Below, piece after piece: positions 37,807 to 50,843 of a stretch of 64,000 bases of DNA. Within the stretch, counting starts at the first letter, position 1. Each line of letters starts with the position of its first letter. The position numbers were made by a program, and so were the translations under genes. Source of the DNA: Heptranchias perlo (taxonomy: Eukaryota). The notes beneath the pieces are model-generated. The model was not told the origin of the DNA, searched no databases, and worked only from the letters and a program-made list of their open reading frames with translations. Where the stretch lies: assembly GCF_035084215.1 (NCBI RefSeq), contig NC_090335.1, forward strand, positions 38,192,001 through 38,256,000, in the 5' to 3' direction.

Positions 37807-38618
37807 ACCCCCTCCCCATTACTCTTGCCCTTCTGCACTCCCAATTGCTCCCCACTCTCCCAATCGCTCCCCCCTTTCCCAATTGTTCCCCACCACTCCC
37901 AGTTACTTTCTCCTCTTCCAATCGCATCTCCCCTCTCCCAATTGCTTCCCCCCTCTCCAAATCGCTTCCTCTCTCAATCACTCCCCATCTCTCCAATTCG
38001 CTCCCTCCTCCCCTCCCCCAAGCACTCCCCTCCCCATCCCCAATCGCTTCCCCCTCTCCCAAATGCTCCCCCCTCTCCCAATCGCTCCCCTTCTCCTTTC
38101 CCAATTGCTCCTCCTCCCCTCCCTCGTCCCATCTCCCAATTGCTCCTTTCCTCCCCTTCCCATCTCCGAATCACCCCCCTTTCCCAATCGCTCCCTCTCT
38201 CCCAATCACTCCCCCTTCTCCCAATCGCTTCCTCCTCTCTCAATCGCTCCCCCTCTCTCAATCACTACCCCATCTTCCAATCGATTCCCCTCTCAATCAT
38301 TCCCCCCTCATCCAAACACTTCCCCCCCTCTCCCAATTGCTCCTTGCTCTCCTAATTGCTCCCCCTCTCATAAGTGCTCCTCCCCTCCCAATCACTCCCC
38401 CCTCCCAATCACTCCCCCCCTCTCAATCGCTCCTGCCTCCCAATTGCATCCCCTCCCTCCATCCCAATCCCTTCCACCTCTCCCAATCACTCCTACACTC
38501 TCATAATTTCTCCCCACCTCCCAATCACTTACCCCCTCCCAAACGCTCCTCCCCTCTCCTAATCTCTCCCCGCCCGCTCTCTCCCAATTGCGCCCCTCCC
38601 AATCACCTCCCTCCTCCC
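37807..38618. repeat. Continuation of the degenerate CCCAATCGCT satellite
   Basis: Same core and strand bias as 32665-35211, resuming right after the CR1 tail. Confidence 0.95.
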
Positions 38619-38824
38619 TGGACCGCTGCCAGTGTCGCAGCAGCCCCAAATCCATGTCAGTTCTTCGACGAGCTGCCTGGTGACACCCAGAATACATCCG
38701 CAGCTCGCCAGTGTCATGTAAATGGAGCACAAGGCTCAATATCAGGTGTACCCCGGGCCGGCTCAGGGATTGTACCCTGCATCCAGTTCACACAGGCGGG
38801 TCGGTGTGGAACAATTTCTAGGCC
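38619..38824. mobile_element. Right end of a Harbinger-type MITE abutting the satellite
   Basis: CpG-rich segment ending CAATTTCTAGGCC, one mismatch from the right TIR CAATTTCTGGGCC at 60190-60202. Confidence 0.6.
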
Positions 38825-40007
38825 GTTCTTGTTCAAAGAATTTTCAGGTGAAATTGTGCCTTTGGGCTTCAGTTTTTCAATACAGAAAAGTGGTGGGTGG
38901 TTTCCAAATTGTATGAGTTTTGTTTATATTGTGTGATTTAATCTGGCTGATATAAGAGTTCTGGCAATCATAGTGATACAGATACTCGATTCGTTGAGTG
39001 GTGGTTTGTCAATAATTGTGGTATAATTAAAAGAGCTCCATTTCAATCTGCTCCCTTTCATCAGACCTGAAAAACAAACTGCCACAATGATTGTCTCCAC
39101 ACTGTCACATGGCAATTTACCCTTTTACCTGGGCCCAGAGATTGCTGCAGCGACGCATCAAAGATCGGATATCAGTAGGTATGGGCAGTGGCAAGTTTTC
39201 CTGCATGATGTACAAGGGTCACCTGTGGGCTCCACATTGCTCCCATGCCCACCCCTGAGTGGCATGAGCCATAGTAGCACCACAAATAGCATAGATGCCT
39301 GCCCCTATTATTCAAATTGCCTCATACCCATGAATTGGGACAGGGTCAGGGCCAAGGTATGTCAAGCAGAGGAGCAGGGCTTCCAGATTATGTGGACTAA
39401 GGTCTTTTTCCTGTCTACATCAGATGAAAGTGCATGATGCTGGAGTCCCAGTCACAAATCTCAAGTCAACATTTGTAAAGTACATAAAATGATTCTTCAC
39501 AGATGCAGACAAGGCCAGGTGTTTGGTGTTGTCATCAGGGAGCTGTATCATAGTCACTTTTCAAAAAATAATATAAAACAGGCTCTTGTACCTCGGGGGA
39601 CAAAAATTTTCTGAACCAGGCCAGCATTTAAATTGTGTGTGGGGGTATCAAATTCTGTAAAACATAAAATTGGCATGGAATGGTGCTGGGACAGGTGGTG
39701 CCCATTGATTGCTAAGCTCCCAGCAACATGCCATATAAGTTAGAATGGGGTAGACAATGCCACATTTTTTAATAATTTAGGTACAAGTTAGTGTTTGCAC
39801 CATTAAGACAAGGCCGTTCTGTATCAGAAAATGGATGAAACTTGCAATAGCTTTCCAGGAAAAAACATAACCTTAATATAAGTGCTAGTTAATCTTTATA
39901 AAATCTCACTTTCATGTGATGTGATGTTCAGGTATATAGTAGTTGTTTTGCTGTGTTACGTCAGTAGAGTTAAGAAGACAGGTAGGCAGCCTGCCCTCAA
40001 ATATCAT

Positions 40008-40360
40008 GGGCCAGAATGTGTTGGAGTGGCACATCTCGCGGCGAGTTGCGTGAATTGGATTTTTATTCATCACCCTTCAGATTATATGCGCCGCAAATTG
40101 CTGGAAATGCGAATTGATAATGATGATGTCAACAGAGCATCGGGGACCTCATGAACATCATACCCAATGATCTGTAACTTCAACCAATGAATTTTAAGGA
40201 TAGAGAAGGAAACAGGCGAATGATAGAGAAGGAAATAGGGTGAATTTGGGTCACATTAAATACAGAAAGAGAAATAAAGAGAGGGAAAGAAAGAGAATGG
40301 ATTAAAAGAGAGATTAAAAAAAAGAGACAGAAGGGAAAGGTAAGAATTTTTTTTTAAAAG
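40008..40360. mobile_element. Partial MITE related to 59203-60202
   Basis: Begins GGGCCAGAATG; shares the purine block GGATTAAAA...AAAAGAGACAGAAGG with 59516-59555. Confidence 0.55.
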
Positions 40361-40559
40361 AACAAGCAGAAGAATTGTTGTTTTGGTACTTGAGAAGTTA
40401 ATAATGAGTGACTGGCAGGGTAGTTATCCCAAAACTATTTTCTAAAATAAATCTATCTAATTTGCATTTCTGAGTGTCAAAACAGATTTGCACCCTGAAA
40501 ATTATTGCCTTCCAACATTAACAGGAGTGTGGATGGTAAGAATGGCACAAAAAGACTGC

Positions 40560-41990
40560 CAAGACAGTTTTAAAAAATGTTTCAGGTGTAGGTGGGACTT
40601 TGGGATTAATTTGAAGGTGCAGAGTGTCTTCTAAGTTCCCCACTCTTTTAAAGATCATCCTGGTACTTGGCCAAACACCTTGTTTTGATGAACTCTTTGA
40701 TCATCAAAATGTTCTTGTGATTTACGATTCGAAGTTGTATATGTTGAATGACCTGCATTTGGTCTACTTCCATTTGGCACTATTGGAAACTCAATATTGT
40801 GCTTGTTGCTGTTGGGAATTCTAATACTCACTCGTCTTTACCCCTATGGCTGCATTTGTTTTGTTGAAAATAAACAATGAAGTTCTCTGCCACTTGGATC
40901 ATCAAACAAGTCTCAGTTATCCATTTGCAGGTAGAAGTACATTGACAGTAGTATCACAGTCGAGCTGAGATCTGATTTGCTTGTTGTCTATGAGTATGTC
41001 AGCTTGCAATTTCTTAGCATGTTGTTCTCCTACAGATCCACAGCTTCAAATTAGAGAATGCAAACATACAACAATGATGGGCAGGAAAAGACCAGCTGGA
41101 TCTTCATTTGAGCCACAGATAGTTTTACATAGCGTGATCAATTCTCCTGTCCCATTCATCCCTGTGTGCCCGAAGTGAGATGTTGGTGGCCTGGCCTATG
41201 GATGGCCCAGTTGAACCCTCAGCACATGCTTGATCCTGACAAGGACATGCACTGGAAAATGAGATGGAAACTAGAGCTGACAATCTCTGGGCTTTCTGGT
41301 TACTGTTGGAAAACATCAGCCCAAAGGGCTTACAGTTTATTTCAAGGGCTATCCAAAATTACCTACAGCTAACATTAGAATTTTGAACTCTGAATTGTTT
41401 CATCTTGTTAATAACCCTCTCTATATCAGTCTTGTCTTCATCTGTCTCAATCTGAAGACCATCAAGTCTCTTCGGTGCTTCTTTGCCCATGCAGAAAACT
41501 AGTTTAGCAGTTGTAACATCTTTGCATTGCTTAATGAGATGTGATACAATCTCTCTGTTACCTAATTGTTCCAAATTCTCTTAAGCTTTTCCATTTGCTG
41601 GTTAGATTACCCGCTATCTCTAGTTTTCTGAATGGTACATTTTGATTAATCGATTTACAGAAATGTCAGTGGCTGCATTCTCAGTGCTCAACATTTTAAC
41701 TTTCTCCATGAAGTAACTTTTTTAGCTGATGCAATCAAATAAAGCAAGATACAATAAAACAAAAACAGTACTTTATCTGTTGATCTCTTTAGAGAACTTA
41801 CCAGAAAACGACATGGAGCTGTCGGAAGTTGGCTTTCCTGGCTTCAAATATTCTTTTTCTTTCTTTGTGTAATGCCTTTTCAAATATTCTGGACAATTCA
41901 GAGTGAGTTACTTCCAATTCTGACATCAAATTGTGTTTGTTATTAAGATCAGATGATAACAAACTAGAAAATATCTCAAAGCTTCAAAAC
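40560..41990 (-). mobile_element. Decayed Gypsy 5' half (PBS, gag, start of pol)
   Basis: Minus-strand TGATGTCAGAATTGG (PBS-like) near 41915-41928; gag-like LEIAGNLTSKWK and LVFCMGKEA...DIERVINKMKQF; LAKYQD near 40660. Confidence 0.6.
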
Positions 41991-42429
41991 ATAAAGGCAT
42001 CAAAAATCCATGACCCTTCCAGCACATCCCACTGTAATTCTGACAGCAGCATGGCAGACGGGGCACACATTAGGCTAGGGCCCGGATAATTCCCAAGGGT
42101 TTCCGTGCGGCCTTGTAAATCTAGGATCCCCTGCCCGAACCAACAAGGCCGCTAATGTAGGAGAGGGCATGTCCGGAGGCAGGGACTTTCACATCAGGAA
42201 TTCTCATGACCCTGGACTAGTGGGACATCAGTACACTGAATGAAAACAGGCATATTGGCCTGCAAATGGGCAGAAGTGGGGGCCAGCTCAGGGTCCAGGC
42301 CTAGATCCCCAAACATTGAGGAAATTTGAATCAGACAGTTCATCCCCCTTACAAAGTGGAGTGAGGGGCACTTCCATTTGCGAGCAGGGAGGGGGATGGA
42401 GGTCTCAGCTCTGCCTACACCGAGATTTA

Positions 42430-44988
42430 GAAACAAAGAAAATTTACGGCACAGAAGGAGGCCATTTGGCCCATTGTGTCTGTGCCTGTCGAAATAGAGC
42501 TACCCAGCCTAACCCCACTTTCCAGCACTTGGTCTGTAGCCTTGTAGGTTGCAGCACTTCAAGTGCACATCCAAGTACCTTTTAAATGTTATTAGGGCTT
42601 CTGTCTATACCACCCTTTCAGGTGGTGAGTTCCAGACCCCCACCACCCTCTGGGTGAAAAAAATTCTCCTCAGCTCCCCTCTAATCCTTCTACCAATTAC
42701 TCTAAATCTATGCCCCCTGGTTATTGACCTCTCTGCCAAGGGAAATAGGTCCTTCCTATCCACTCTATCTAGGCCCCTCATAATTTTATACACCTCAATT
42801 AAGTCACCCCTCAGCGTCCTCTGTTCCAAAGAGAACAACCCCAGCCATCCAATCTTTCCTCATAGCTAAAATTCTCCAGTCCTGGCAACATCCTCGTAAA
42901 TCTCCTCCGTACCATCTCTAGTGCAATCACATCTTTCCTGTAATGTGGTGACCAGAACTGTACGCAGTACTCAAGCTGTGGCCTAACCAGTGTTTTATAC
43001 AGTTCTAGCAGAACCTCCCTGCTCTTATATTCTATGCCTCGGCTAATAAAGGAAAGTATCCCGTATGCCTTCTTAACCACCTTGTCTACCTGTCCTGCTA
43101 TCTTCAGGGATCTGTGGACTCCAAGGTCCCTCACTTCCTTTGCACCTCTCAGTGTCCTCCCATTTTTTGTGTATTCCCTTTCCTTGTTTGCCCTCCTCAA
43201 ATGCATTACCTCACACTTCTCCGGATTAAATTCCATTTGCCACATTTCTGCCCACCTGACCAGTCCATTGATATCTTCCTGTAGTCTACAGCTTTCCTCC
43301 TCACTATCAACCACACAGCCAATTTTTGTATCATCTGCAAACTTCTTAATCATGCCCCCCTACATTTAAGTCCAAATCATTGATATATACCACAAAAAGC
43401 AAGGGACCTAGTACTGAGTCCTGTGGAACCCAACTGGAAACATCCTTCCACTCACAAAAATACCCGTCATCCATTACACTTTGCTTCCTGTCACTGAGCC
43501 AATTTTGAATCCAATTTGCCACTTTTCCTTGGATCTCATAGGCTTTTACTTTATTGACCAGTCTGCCATGTGGGACCCTGTCAAAAGCCTCGCTAAAATC
43601 CATGTAGACTACATTAAACGCACTACCCTCATCGACCCTCTTTGTTACCTCCTCAAAAAATTCAATCAAGTTAGTCAGACATGACCTTCTCTTATGTTGA
43701 CTGTCCTTGATTAATCCGTGTCTCTCTAAATGATGGTTTATCCTGTCCCTCAGAATGGATTCCAATAATTTGCCCAGCACCGAGGTTAGACTGACTGGCC
43801 TATAATTACTCGGTCTATCCTTTCCTCCCTCTTTAAACAACGGCACAACATTCGCAGTCCTCCAATCCTCCGGCACCACGCCTGTAGCCAGGGAGGATCG
43901 GAAAATAATGGTCAGAGCCTCCACTATTTCCTCCCTTGCTTCTCTTAACGGCCTGGGATACATTTCATCCAGGCCTGCCGATTTATCTATTTTTAAAGAT
44001 GCTAAACCCCTTAATACTTCCTCTCTCACTATATTTATCCCATCCAATATTTCACACTCCTCCTCTTTAACTACAATCTCTGCATCGTCCCCCTCTTTTA
44101 TGAAGATAGATGCAAAGTATTCATTAAGAACCATACCCATATCTTCCACCTCCACACATAGGTTACCTTTTTGGTCTCTAATAGACCCTATTCTTTCCTT
44201 AGTTATCCTCTGGCTCTTTATGTATTCATAAAACATTTTTGGGTTTTCCTTAATTTTACTTGCCAGTATTTTCTCATGCCCTCTCTTTGCTTTCCTAATT
44301 TCTTTTATAATTTCATCCCTGCAGTTTCTAAACTCCTCTTGGCTTTCTGCAGTATTGAGCTCTCGGTGTCTTCCCTTTTTTGCCTTATCTTATCCTGTAT
44401 GCTCCTTGTCATCCAGGGGGCTCTAGATTTGGCAGTCTCACCCTTTTTCTTCGTGGGAACATGTTTACTCTGAACCTCTTGAATGCCTCCCACTGCTCTG
44501 ACACTGATTTACCTTCAAGTATCTGTTTCCAGTCCACTTTTGCTAAATCACTTCTCAGCTTAGTAAATTTTGGCCTTTTCCCAATTTAGAACTTTTACTC
44601 TTGTTCTATCTTTGTCCTTTTCCATAACTATGCTAAATCTGACTGAATTATGATCACTACCACCAGGATGCTCTCCCACTGATGCTCCTTCCACCTGCCC
44701 AGCTTCATTCCCTAAAACTAAGTCCAGAACTGCACCCTCCCTCTTGTTGGGCTTGCTACGTACTGGCTAAAAAAGTTCTTCTGAATGCAATTTAAGAATT
44801 CTGCGCCATCTATACATTTTACACTAGATTGTATCCCAGTTAATATTAGGGTAGTTAAAATCCCCTACTATTACTGTCCTATTGTTTTTGCACTTCTCAG
44901 AAATTTGCTTACATATTTGCTCTTCTATCTCCCTCTGACTGTTTGGGGTCTATAGTACACTTCCAGCAATGTGACTGTTCTTTAGCTT
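42430..44988 (-). mobile_element. 5'-truncated CR1 LINE (part of endonuclease, RT, 3' end), frameshifted
   Basis: ORFs 43346-44236, 42811-43353 and 42605-42838 carry RT motifs; 8-bp TSD GAGATTTA at 42422-42429 and 44989-44996. Confidence 0.95.
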
Positions 44989-45619
44989 GAGATTTATAGC
45001 CTCCCTACGATGGCAGAGGCCCAAGATGCATTACTTGTGGCAAGGTCGCCTGCCCAAGTTATGCAAATAAGGTGACCCCACCCATACCTTACAAACGTTG
45101 GCGAGATCAACCCTGGAGGTCAGTGGCAGGCAGAGACCGACATTTACACCAGCATCAAAGGCCTGCATGTTTTCTGCCCCCTAGTGTGTATTAACCATCA
45201 TTTCAATAGATTGTTTGTATCTGTTAATCATATCAACATTTCTCAGGTCAGAGGGAGCAATCAGGAAACTTCCTGTATTCAATGATGGATACAAAGTTAC
45301 ACTAATATTAATACAGCTGCATATTCCCTGCAGTCTAATAGCCTTCTGATACTGTCAAGGTTCACATATGAATAAAGATCACTTGGGTGAAATACATCTG
45401 ACAACTGTGGAGCCACAAGGAGTCAACACCTCAATATTAATGACTTACCCCTCTGTCCCACAATGAGCAAAAAAGATATGTTTTTACACTTTTAACATTT
45501 ACGCTATTTTTGGCGCAGAGTAGTGATTTTTGCACCACATAGCTTTAATCCTTAGACCACCAGCAGTTCTGGGGATTCCACTCTCCCCAGGTAAGCCATT
45601 TTTTTGACAGGAGGTGATG

Positions 45620-46483
45620 GTGAAAATTGACTAGTCAGAGAAAAAAAAGTGTTTAATTTTGTAATGTTGGGTTTATTGGATTAATACTATTTTTATAAAA
45701 CTATTCCTGATCTTAGTTATTCTTCAGCTTTGTTTCAGCATCGCGATATTGGTCAAAAACTGATGTTGCTAAGTAAACTCTGAGTCATAATTGGCATCAT
45801 GCCAATATTGCAAATATTTTCAGACAATGTGAGCGGGACGTAATTGTTCCCTGGATGCATAGTTCACTGAATTATTGGAAGGTAACTGGATTCTCTCACC
45901 TTGTCTGTCCTCGTACGTCATATAATTTCATTTGGCATTGTCTCGGGGTGCACAGTATGGTACAAATGGCATTTACACTGGTACCTTCCTTTTGCTATTC
46001 TCATTGGGTAGCTCATGTGGGAATCCTGCAGTGTTCCATCCTGAACAGAGTCCCCTTCATGTACTTGCAGCAGTCTATATTGCAGAACATCTTTCAGGCA
46101 CTGTGAACCATCAAAGAAGTTTGCAATCTTGAGAAGTAAGCAACCATGATATCTGCCACTTTCAGCTGTTGCAGGCCTTCAGTTCCTGCAGCAGCACCTG
46201 ATTTCCTGCACTTGTTATGCTGGTGCAAGATTTGTTCTTGTGCCTGCACATTAATAATTCCAGACATTGGGTTTGCGAAGCATTTCTATTACCCAAACAA
46301 TCTTTGCAAAGGCTAATACATTACATATTAAAAATATGTGACCAGTTAACTTTAGGTTGCCACACACCTTTAAATTTATCCATAACTCCTTGTAAGCAGC
46401 CCAGGGCACTTCTCCCACCAAGTAAATTCACCTGGTGCTAATAACACACCAGCCGACTAATACACAATTGGAAAATCTACCCC
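45620..46483 (-). mobile_element. Possible highly decayed Harbinger element
   Basis: TIR-like GGAAAATCTACCCC at the right end; minus-strand traces ANFFDGS and AGFPH recall Harbinger ALNFFASGS and AGFPxV motifs, in the expected order. Confidence 0.35.
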
Positions 46484-47039
46484 AATGTATCATCATGTGA
46501 TAAACTTTGCAGTAAGGCCGTTTTGCAGCATTGTGTAATTCTAGTAAATGAACTGCTTTATTCTTATCTGCCTGTATTAGAAAGCACTTTTAATAGGGCA
46601 TTGTTGCCTGTGTGTAATGATATGGCCCATAATACCCTGAGCTTCTGTGCAGTAATTTCTGCTCTGTCTGAACATATGGGAAAAATCACAGGGACAAATT
46701 TCACTTAGTTCAAGGTAAACCAGATACTAGAACATGGAGGATTGGCTAAATTTGGTGGAAAGACACATCATAAAGCACTGGTAAATAAATGAGTTTCATG
46801 CTCCTGTGGTGCTTCCACTTTATTTCTAAAGCCATTCTTAGATAACATCCCAATTTTTTTTCTCAAATCGTTTCAGAATGTCACCTATCCTAAAATATTA
46901 CTGTACTGAAATTCAGTTTACCACCTCATGGATTTCACTGTATTGAGATATTTAGATTCCTGATATACTACACACAAATGTCTAAAATTCAAATAGTTCG
47001 AAGCAACCTATGGTTTCCTGCTATTAAGTAATTAGTCGT

Positions 47040-47610
47040 GGAATGAGGGTAGAGGTAGAACGGGATGAGATCTAGTTGGAAGGTAAAGTAGGATTAAGCT
47101 CAGGAAGGATTGAAAGCTGAGGGAAGGGGAAAGGTAGAACTGGGTTGAAGGCCAGGGAAAGGTGAAGCAGGGTTGGAGGTCAGGGAAAACAAGAAGGTAG
47201 AACATGATTAGAGGCTGGAGAGAGGAGGAAGATAAAGTAGGGTTATAGGCTCTGGAGCGAGGGAAGAGCAGGGTTAGAGACTGGGGAGGAGGGATGGTTT
47301 TGGAGCGTAGAAGGAGACAAGATGAGAGCTGGAGGCCAGGAAGGGGGAAAAGAGAATTGAAGACTGCCTTTGGATAGCAGAGCAGGGCAGTCGCACTGAT
47401 ACAAGCAGTGACACCAATATAGTAAGCCTAGTGAGAAGAGAGCTGGGGAAGGTGAGGAGGGGGAAAGGGAGGAAGGATCAGGGAGAGGAAGAATGGGAGG
47501 GGGAACAGGGAAATGAGAGGACAGAGTATGAGGGAGAAGAATGAGAAAGTGGGGAAAAAGGAAGAGAAACAGAGAGATGGGGAGAGCAAGGGGTGAAAGA
47601 GAGAGAGACC
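47040..47610. repeat. Purine-rich tract with degenerate tandem units
   Basis: Recurring AAGGTAGAAC/AAGGTAAAGT...GGGTT(A/G)GAG motif at 47050-47330, then GA-rich low complexity. Confidence 0.65.
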
Positions 47611-49592
47611 TTATAAATATATACACATCAAGAAACACAAGAATGCCGCTGAGTGCCAAATTTGGCAATATTTCCTTCCTTCCTGCGAGATTGAGAATTC
47701 ATTGAATGGAAAATCACAGATGCAGACATCTTATCATTGTGTGCCAATGCTTATAACATCAATATGAATTCCCTGTTATAGTGGTTTTTTTATTTTCATA
47801 GCAAAGCCGCAAACATTGACAGAAATATTCCATTATTACGTTTTAATTTTAAGTGTTGCCAATTAAGGGCTACTAAAGCTATAACAATTTCTAAAACATC
47901 AGCATACTATAAATAATCTTAACTTATTTGTTGTCAGTATAAACGTTTCCATTCAAGAGGTTGTCACTTTGATAAAGTGCATCACCATGCCATCGTTCAC
48001 ACTCCAGCCAGACACGTCGAGGCCCTGGAGGCTGCCCATTCCTTGCAATTCAGTGTGAATTTTCTCCCATCGGGTGAAGAACTCTCAGCTCTGGTTGTAG
48101 AATCCCAGCATGCCCCATGACTCACTCAGCAACATGTCCACCACAAGACAGGAGCTAGCATTTGCCATTCTTCACTCAGAGGAGCAGGGCGAGGACCAGG
48201 GAAGATTGTTTAAAAAAGACTTTGCCCACAGAGCTCTATCACTTGAGAGAAATGGGGGGCCCAACTGTCTATTTTTAAAAAACACTCTTGCTGTTGGTCA
48301 TTACTTTACAGAACTTTTAAACTTGTGACTGTAAGGCATCATTTACGTTATTAACTTCTTGTCCATATAAATCTTTATGTGCATTTAATTTACTTTAGTG
48401 GCTTAAATTGTATAAAATTATGATTTTTTTTCTTTTTTCTTTTTTTTTCTTGCTGTTTGTATCTCATAGTTTGTAATTTCTTTGTCTGGTGGTCACAGGA
48501 CACAGGTTGTCACGGTGAAAATTGTCATTCCAGAGGAGCAAGGTGAAAGCTATGATCCCACAATACATTCTCACACACACACAGAATTTAACAACAAAGA
48601 TTGAAACTCCGCAACAGCCAAGGCCCAGGTGAAATTTCTGACTTTGGGACTGAAGCAGAACTCAAACTAACTAGGACCGCTGTTTTTTTGATACATATTA
48701 ATGACTTGGACTTGGGTGTACAGGGCACAATTTCAAAATTTGCAGGTGACACAAAACTTGGAAGTGTAGTAAATGGTGAGGAGGATAGTAATAGACTTCA
48801 AGAGGACATAGACAGGCTGGTGGAATGGACGGTCAATGGCAGATGAAATTTAATGCAGAGAAATGCGAAGTGATACATTTTACCAGGAAGAACAAGGGAG
48901 AGGCAATATAAACTAAATAGTACAATTCTAAAGTGGGTGCAGGAACAGAGCGACCAGGGGGTATATGTGCACAAATTTTTGAAGGTGGCAAGAAAGGATG
49001 AGAAAGCGGTTAAAAAAAGCGTACAGAATCCTGGGCTTTATTAATAGAGGCATAGGGCCTGATATTAGCACCCGCTACCGGGTGCGTTCCTGGTGGGGGG
49101 GCTCTGAAAATCTGGGAATCCCAGAGGGGGTCGGGAGCCCGGCTCCAACCCGCCCACTTCCGGGTTCCCCACAGACGTGCTGACGTGCGCGCGCAGCCCC
49201 CGCATGTGGGACTCCCGCAGGCAATTAAAGCCAGCGGGGTACCACTTGAGAGTATTTATTGTGCTATTTCAGGTCGTTAACAGACCTGATTAAGGGAATA
49301 TGTCAGGAGGGGTGGGATTTTAGAAACAACTGGGACTGTTTCCCATACTGGGGGAAACACTCCCTGTTGAAATGGACGTGTTGCAGCTATCAGCCTGTGG
49401 CAGCTGCAAAGGTCCATTTGACAGGTTGGGGGGAGACTCTCACTCATTGCAGGAGGCCACTCTGTCACTTGGGACAAAGTTTGGCCTCCACCACCCTCCT
49501 CCTAACAATAAAATTCCCAAACTTTCACACTTACTCCAGGGTCCAGAGACATGTACCTACCTTGCCGACCCCCTCAGATGTACATCTTCTGG

Positions 49593-50069
49593 ATGGGGGC
49601 CGCCGTAGCTGCAGTTATGACCTCCTCGGAGGGCAAACAGCATCACCAGCCTCGCTGGCCACGCCGTCCACCTCTGACACATGGAGCTCCACAACACAGT
49701 GCGGTGACACATCCACCTGCACAGCAGGAGGGAGGGCAACCGCAGAGAGAGATGCGTCGCAGAGGGCACTACCCTTGCCACAGGGTCCACAGACCGAGGC
49801 TCAGCTTCCTGGACCTCTCTGAGCAGCAGTGCACACGGAGGCTCAGAGTCACTCGACATGTAGTCATGGACATCTGCAGCCTCCTTCATGCCGAGCTGCT
49901 CCCGGCTGGCCCGAGCACCATCTTCTTACCTGTCGCTGTCAAAGTCACCACTGCCCTCAACAACTTCTCCTCCGCATCCTTCCAGGATGCCACCGAGGAC
50001 ATCGCCGACGTCTCTCAGTCGTCTGCACAAAAGAGCCCTGCAAATACACCTACACCCACTCTGCAGTGA
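49593..50069 (+). pseudogene. Harbinger (HARBI1-like) transposase N-terminal fragment, DDE domain absent
   Basis: HRPRLSFLDLSEQQCTRRLRVTR...ICSLL...LPVAVKVTTALNNFSSASFQ...DVSQSS; similarity ends before the catalytic region. Confidence 0.85.
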
Positions 50070-50598
50070 CACAATGGGTGGCATCAGGTGTGGGTCTTCA
50101 TTGTGATCCTCAGGAAAGGGCAATATTGCACAAACCAGACAAGATTCTCAAAGACGTGGCAGTAGTGGTGCCAATATAATATGTGATGTGAGTTGGTCAG
50201 AAATTAAATATAAGTAAAAACCATGACAAACCCTCAAACACCCTTGTGCATCCCCTTCATGCTCACAACATGTTTGCCTTACGCTTCCTACTGCACATAT
50301 GTGATGCATGCCCTGTGGCTGCAGCACAGGTAGTGGCAGGTTGAGTGAGGCTGACCGTGAAAGAGATGCATGAGAGGGTGAGTATGAGATAGATCCATAA
50401 GATTGTATGAGGATTGGGTTGAGTGGTAGTGGCGGGATGAGCACTGGCGAGGTGAGTAAGTGCAGGTAAGATGAGGATGAGGTTTGAGTGGGTGTGAGGG
50501 GTGATGTGACAGAGTAGTGTTGGCAGTGCAGAAGGAGGTGTGGGGTGGGGGCGGTGATGTGGCAGACAGAGTGTAGGGGAAAGAGTAAGTGTACTCAC

Positions 50599-50843
50599 TT
50601 TGGCTGTCCTACTTAGGTCATTGCAGCACCTCCTGCAATGTATGCAGGTGGGCGATATGTTGGTGGCGCAGGTGACCTCCTCTACCACCTTGAGCCAGGC
50701 CTTCCTGGTGGCAGAGGCAGGCCGCTTCCTCCCGCCCGCCGGGGGGAATATGTCTGTCCTCCCCCTCCTCCTCACCCCATCCAATGATACCTGGAGTGAG
50801 GCATCATTAACCTGGGAGCAGCCTTCCCCTTGGGCTGCTCCAT
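50599..50843 (-). pseudogene. Harbinger Myb/SANT-like DNA-binding gene, first exon, frameshifted
   Basis: MEQPKGKAAPR / (1-bp shift) NDASLQVSLDGVRRRGRTDIFP...TRKAWLKVVEEVT...CRRCCNDLSRTAK, followed by donor GTGAGT at 50598. Confidence 0.82.

Noticed and set aside
31354-38618. CRISPR-like or RT-plus-array system (repeats surrounding reverse transcriptase ORFs)
   Set aside because: No unique spacers, only C/T low-complexity linkers; no cas genes; the RTs are ordinary truncated CR1 copies with tails, and the two inner ones have TSDs.
37790-38936. ORFs of 176-363 aa after the CR1
   Set aside because: Satellite read-through into MITE and flanking sequence.
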